Of a DNA stretch of 64,000 nucleotides, positions 50,101 through 56,100 are shown piece by piece (the first letter of the stretch is position 1; every line of letters starts with the position of its first letter). The notes under the pieces are model-generated. The model worked only from the letters and a program-made list of their open reading frames with translations. It ran no database searches and was not told where the DNA came from. This DNA is from Candidatus Oxydemutator sp. (GTDB lineage Bacteria > Pseudomonadota > Gammaproteobacteria > Poriferisulfidales > Oxydemutatoraceae). The stretch is from assembly GCA_965203445.1 (NCBI GenBank), contig OZ241883.1, forward strand, positions 1,728,001 through 1,792,000, in the 5' to 3' direction. Both the position numbers and the translations under genes were made by a program.

Positions 50101-53100
50101 ACTTTGTGTACGTAGTGTCCGAGGGAGATAAGGACACGGACGGCATCAGCGTGTCGTCGAACTCACTGCTTGGTTCTTTCTATGCGACGGGCCGTGGCAG
50201 CGCGAGCGGCGTGTCGCACGGCGTGTTGTCGGCGCAGCCGGGCCACAAGGTGCGCGGGAGGCCGGAAGTGTGCGGTCGCACTCGACAGGTTCGAGACGAG
50301 ATCATGGAGCAGGCGGGCGTATCGAACTGCGCGCTGGTCACGATGGAACATCTGTCCTCGATAACGACGCTGAATCTGATGAGTCAGAGTATCAGCGCGT
50401 TGAAGGACGGCGACTTCGACGATTTGGTCAATCTATCCTATCTGGGTCTGATGAAGAACCAGTTGGAGATCTTGCCGGCCGGTTTGTTTTCGGAATTGCA
50501 GAGTTTGGGGACGTTGCTTCTGTATTGGAACCGATTGACGACTCTTTCGACGGGGACGTTCGTTGGCTTGAGCAATCTGACGGAACTGAATCTGAGAGAT
50601 AACCATTTGTCGAGCGTAGCCGCGGCAGCGTTTTCCGATCTGAGCGACTTGGAGTCTCTGGATATTAGCTACAATCATTTGTCAGAATTGCCGGAAGGTT
50701 TGTTTGCAGGTTTGGTTCATTTGCGTCACTTGCACATGAACAACAACCGCCTGACGGAGTTGCCTGTGGGTATATTTGACGGTTTGAATTTGGAGACGTT
50801 GCATCTGTACCGCAACGCGAGTCGTCCGGTGGTGATGGACATGTATCCGGAGTTGTCAGGGTCTGGTTTCCGCGTGCGAATAGACGAGGGAGCGCCGCGT
50901 GCGATCCGCGTGAATTGGGCATTGTCGGGCAGTATGAGCACGGGCATGGCGATGATAGCGGCGGGTGCGCGTGTGAGCAGCGTGACGCAGGTATCGGGCG
51001 CGCCTCGTGAGGGAGTGATCACGTTGAGCGATCCGGTGCTTGCGGGCGTGTCCGAGGCGACGGACGAAGACAGTCTTGCAGGCCGTTATTCCGGCTTTCG
51101 CTTGTCGGTGGCGTTGTCGGCGCCGAGCGTGACGATAACGGGGACGTCGCCGATGTTTTACGAGGAGGTACCCGCGCAGAGTTACCTATGGGGTGAGGCG
51201 ATAAGCGAGCTGCGGTTGCCGAGGGCGCGAGGCGGTCGTGCACCGTTGCGCTACAGTCTGTCGCCGACAATGCCGGCGGATTTGTCGTTCAGTACGGCGA
51301 CGCTGATCATATCGGGGACGCCGATGGAGGTGCAGAGTGCGACGACCTACACGCTGACGGCGGTGGACGCGGATAGTAAGGAAGCGACGCTGCAATTCAG
51401 CATTGTCGTGGCGGATGACTACGACAAGGACGGCGATGGTCTTATCGAGGTGTATAGTCTGGCGCAGTTGAACGCGATACGCTGGGATCTGGACGGCGAC
51501 GGCAGCAGTCCGACTAACGTGAGCGCCTACGCCGAGGCGTTCCCAGGCGCGGCGACAGGGATGGGTTGTCCGACCGCAGGCGGTTGCATTGGCTACGAGT
51601 TGGGTGAGAGCAGTGCAAGCGCGGTGTCACTGACGTTCAACACGGGGGATCTAAGCACCCGCACGGACGACGAGTATTACAACGGCGGCGCGGGCTGGGA
51701 GCCGATAGGCGGTGGTGCGGGGATTTCCTACGCTTTGGATCAGTTCTGGTACTACCATGGTGGTTCCAGGCTTACTAGAGGTGTGGACCCGATAGACGGT
51801 GGCTTGGGGGATTCCTACTCTGGCGTTTTCCGGGGCAACGGACATGTCATCTCGGACTTGTTCATCAATCGATCAGAAGGCAACGATGTTGGCTTGTTCG
51901 GTCATTTGAGCTCTGAGGGCCAATTGGAGGACGTGGGATTGGCGAACGTGGACATCATGGGGCGGTCCCATGCAGGCAGTTTGGTGGGTTACAACAGAGG
52001 GACGATCAGTGGCAGTTTTGCGACGGGAACGGTTGCTGGAAGTTGGGGCAATTCCATAGGGGGCTTAGTGGGAAGCAACGTTGACGGTACGATAGACAAG
52101 AGCTACTGGGTGGGTTCAGTCGCTGATTGGGGTATGGTGAATCCTTACTCCATAGGAGGCTTAGTGGGGAACAACGTTCGTGGCACGATAGGCGAGAGTT
52201 ATTCGATGGGTTCAGTTGGCAGGGTGACGTATGGTCACTATATAGGCGGTTTCGCAGGGAGAAACTATCTAGGCATGATAAGCAAGAGTTATTCGATGAG
52301 TTTAGTCAGGGCGGACAGTCGCAGCGTAGGCGGCTTTGTGGGAGGCAACATTGGCGGTTCGATAAGCGGGAGCTATGCAACGGGTTCAGTTATCAGAGAA
52401 GGGTTGAGGGCAGGTGGGCCGAGGAGGGATAGCTTTTATGGTGGTTTTGTGGGGAATAACTATGACGGTGGAATGATAAGCGCAAGTTACGCGACGGGTG
52501 CAGTTAGGGGAGCGTATCAAAACGTCGGTGGTTTCGTGGGGTACAACAATTACGGTACAATACGCAGCAGCTATGCGGTGGGCGCCGTCAGCGGTAACAA
52601 TAATGTGGGTGGTTTTTTGGGATGGGGCATCAATGAAGGGATATGGGATATCGACCCCTATACGAGGTCGTTTATATGGGCACCTTCCACAGGGATAACC
52701 GCCAGCTACTGGGATACCGACGCCTCTGGCCTCAACAGCAGTGCCGGCGGCATAGGCAAAACCACGATCGCACTACAGACACCAACCACCTACACTGGTA
52801 TTTATGCCAGTTGGAACGCGGACGTGGACGGCAGCACCGCGACTGGCGTCGGTGGCAGGGACGACCCGTGGGATTTCGGCGACTCAACGCAGTATCCGGT
52901 ATTGCAATACGGCGGTCTGGACGTTGACTTGCAACGGCGCCTGCTGCCGCTGACGGCGAGATTGCGGGTAGCGTCGGTGCCGGCTCGTGGCGACACCTAC
53001 CGCGCCGGCGAGACGATCCGGATGCGTGCTTCGTATGGTCGGGATGACGTCAGGGCACCGGCCGACGCGGTGTTGAGAGTAGTCATCGGTGGCAATGTGG

Positions 53101-56100
53101 TTGCCGCGACGGTAGTTGCGGCTGCTGGCAGCACCAGTGCGACGGACTTTGTGTATGTGGTGTCCGAGAGGGACGAGGACACGGACGGCGTCAGCGTGTC
53201 ATCGAACTCGTTGCTTGGTTCTTTCTATGCGACGGGTCGTGGCAGCACGAGCGGCGTGTCGCACGGCGTGTTGTCGGCGCAATCGGGCCACAAAGTGCGT
53301 GGGAGACCGGAGGTGTGCAGCCGCACTCGACAGGTTCGAGACGAGATCATGGAGCAAGCGGGCGTATCGGACTGCGCGCTGGTCACGATGGAACATCTGT
53401 CCTCGATAACGACGCTGAATCTGATGAGTCAGGGCATCGGCGCGTTGAAGACGGGCGATTTCGACGGTTTGGTCAATCTATCTTATCTGGGTCTGATGAA
53501 GAACCAGTTGACGGCCTTGCCGGATGGTTTGTTTTCGGATTTGAGCAATCTGGTGGAATTGAATATGAGAGGCAATCGTTTGTCGAGCATAGCTGCGGGG
53601 ACGTTTTCCAGCTTGAACAGTCTGGAGTCTCTGGATATAAGAAGCAATCGTTTGTCGAGCATAGCTGCGGGGACGTTTTCCAGCTTGAGCAGTTTGGAGT
53701 CTCTGGATATAAGAAGCAATCCTTTGCCGAGTATAGCTACGGGGACGTTCTCCGGCTTGAGCAGTTTGGAGGTTCTGAAGATAGGCAACACTCATAGGTT
53801 GTCGGAATTGCCGGCCGGTTTGTTTTCGGATTTGACGGAGTTGCGGGTACTGAATTTATGGCACAACCGTTTTACAAGCCTTCCGTCGGATACGTTTGCA
53901 GGTTTGGTCAATTTGAGTCGCATAAGTCTGAATCACAACCGTTTGGCTAGTCTGGAATCGGATTTGTTTTCCGGTTTGAGGAGTCTGACGAGCTTGCGCC
54001 TGGACAACAACCGCCTGACGAAGTTGCCAGCGGGTATATTTGACGGTTTGAATATGGCGGGGTTGCATCTGTCCCGCAACACGAGTCGTCCGTTGATGAT
54101 GGAAGTGTATCCGGAGTTGTCAGGGTCTGGTTTCCGCGTGCGGATAGACGAGGGAGCGCCACGTGCGATGCGCGTAAATTGGGCATTGTCGGGCGGTATG
54201 AGCACGGGCGTGTCGGTGATAGCGTCGGGTGCGCGGGTAAGCAGCGTGACGCAGGTATCGGCAGCGCCTCGTGAGGTGGTGATCACGTTGAGCGGCCCGG
54301 TACTTGCGGGCGTGTCCGAGGCGACGGACGAAGACCGCCTTGCAGGCCATTATGATGGTTTTCGCTTGTCGGTGGCGTCGACGCCGAGCGTGACGATAGC
54401 AGGGACGTCGCCGATGTTTTACGAGGGAGTGCCGGCGCAGAGTTATCCGCGGGGCGAGGCGATAAGCGAATTGCGGTTGCCGAGGGCGCGCGGCGGTCGT
54501 GCACCGTTGCGCCACAGCCTGTCGCCGTCAACGCCGGAGGGTTTGGTGTTCAGCACGGCGACACTGATCGTTTCGGGGACGCCGGCGGAATTGCAGAGTG
54601 CGACGACCTACACGCTGACGGCGGCGGATGCGGATGGTAAGGAAGCGACGCTGCAATTCAGCATTGCCGTGACGATGAATGACTACGACAAGGACAACGA
54701 TGGTCTTATCGAGGTGGGCAATTTAGCGCAGCTGAACGCGATACGCTGGGATCTGGACGGCGACGGCAGCAGTCCGACTAACGCGAGCGCCTATGCGGCG
54801 GCATTTCCAGGCGCGACGGCAGGGATGGGTTGTCCGACTGCGGACGGCTGCATAGGCTACGAGTTGGGTGAGAGCAGTGCAAGTGTGGTGTCGCTGACGT
54901 TCAACACGGGGGATCCGAGCACCCGAACGGACGACGAGTATTACAACGGCGGTGCAGGTTGGGAACCGATAGGCAATGGCGCGAGTAATTCCTACTCTGG
55001 CGCTTTCCGAGGCAACGGGCACGTCATCTCGAACTTGTTCATCAATCGAACAAGCAATTATATCGGCTTGTTCGGCTATTTGAGTTCTGCGGGCAAGTTG
55101 GAGGATGTGGGATTGGCGAACGTGGACGTCAGGGGACGACAGCAGGTAGGCAGTTTGGTCGGGTACAGTGGAGGGACGATAACCGCCAGCTACGCGACGG
55201 GCGTGGTCAGCGGGACATCTTATGTAGGCGGCCTTGTGGGGAGCAATTCTGGAGAGATAGCCGTCAGCTACGCGACGGGCATGGTAAGTGGCACTGGATG
55301 GCATACAGGCGGCCTCGTGGGAACCAACTACAGTGGCGTGAGATCTAACGACGGTGGAACGATAACCGCCAGCTCCGCGACGGGCGCGGTCAGCGGAACA
55401 TATGATGTAGGCGGCCTCGTGGGATCCAACGGCGATGGAACGATAACCGTCAGCTACGCGACGGGCGCGGTTCGCGGGCGTATGTGGGTAGGTGGCCTCG
55501 TGGGGAGCAGTGGCCTATATGGAAATGGAAAGATAATCGCCAGTTACGCGACGGGCGTGGTCAGCGGGAGGGGGAGTGTAGGCGGCCTTGCGGGGAGCAA
55601 TTCTGGAGAAATAACCGCCAGCTACGCGACGGGCGCGGTCAACGGGAGAGGGAATAGTGTAGGCGGCCTTGTGGGGGACAACCATGGAGAGATAGCCGCC
55701 AGTTACGCGACGGGCGCGGTCAGCGGGACATGGAATGTAGGCGGTCTCGTGGGAAACAACGACGGAAAGATAACCTCCAGCTACGCGATGGGCGCAGTCA
55801 GCGGGAGCGGGACATATAAATATAATGTAGGTGGCTTTGTGGGGCTCAATGGTGGTAGAGGGACGGTAACCTCCAGCTACGCGACGGGCGCAGTTAGCGG
55901 GACAAAGTATGTAGGCGGCTTTGTGGGGGGCAATGCTGGAGAGATAACCGCCAGCTACGCGACGGGCGCGGTCAGCGGGACACTTTATGTAGGTGGCCTT
56001 GTGGGGTACGGTTATAATTCTGGAGAGATAACTGCCAGTTACGCGACGAGTGTGGTCAGCGGGACATGGATTGTAGGCGGTCTCGTGGGGAGCAGCTTGG

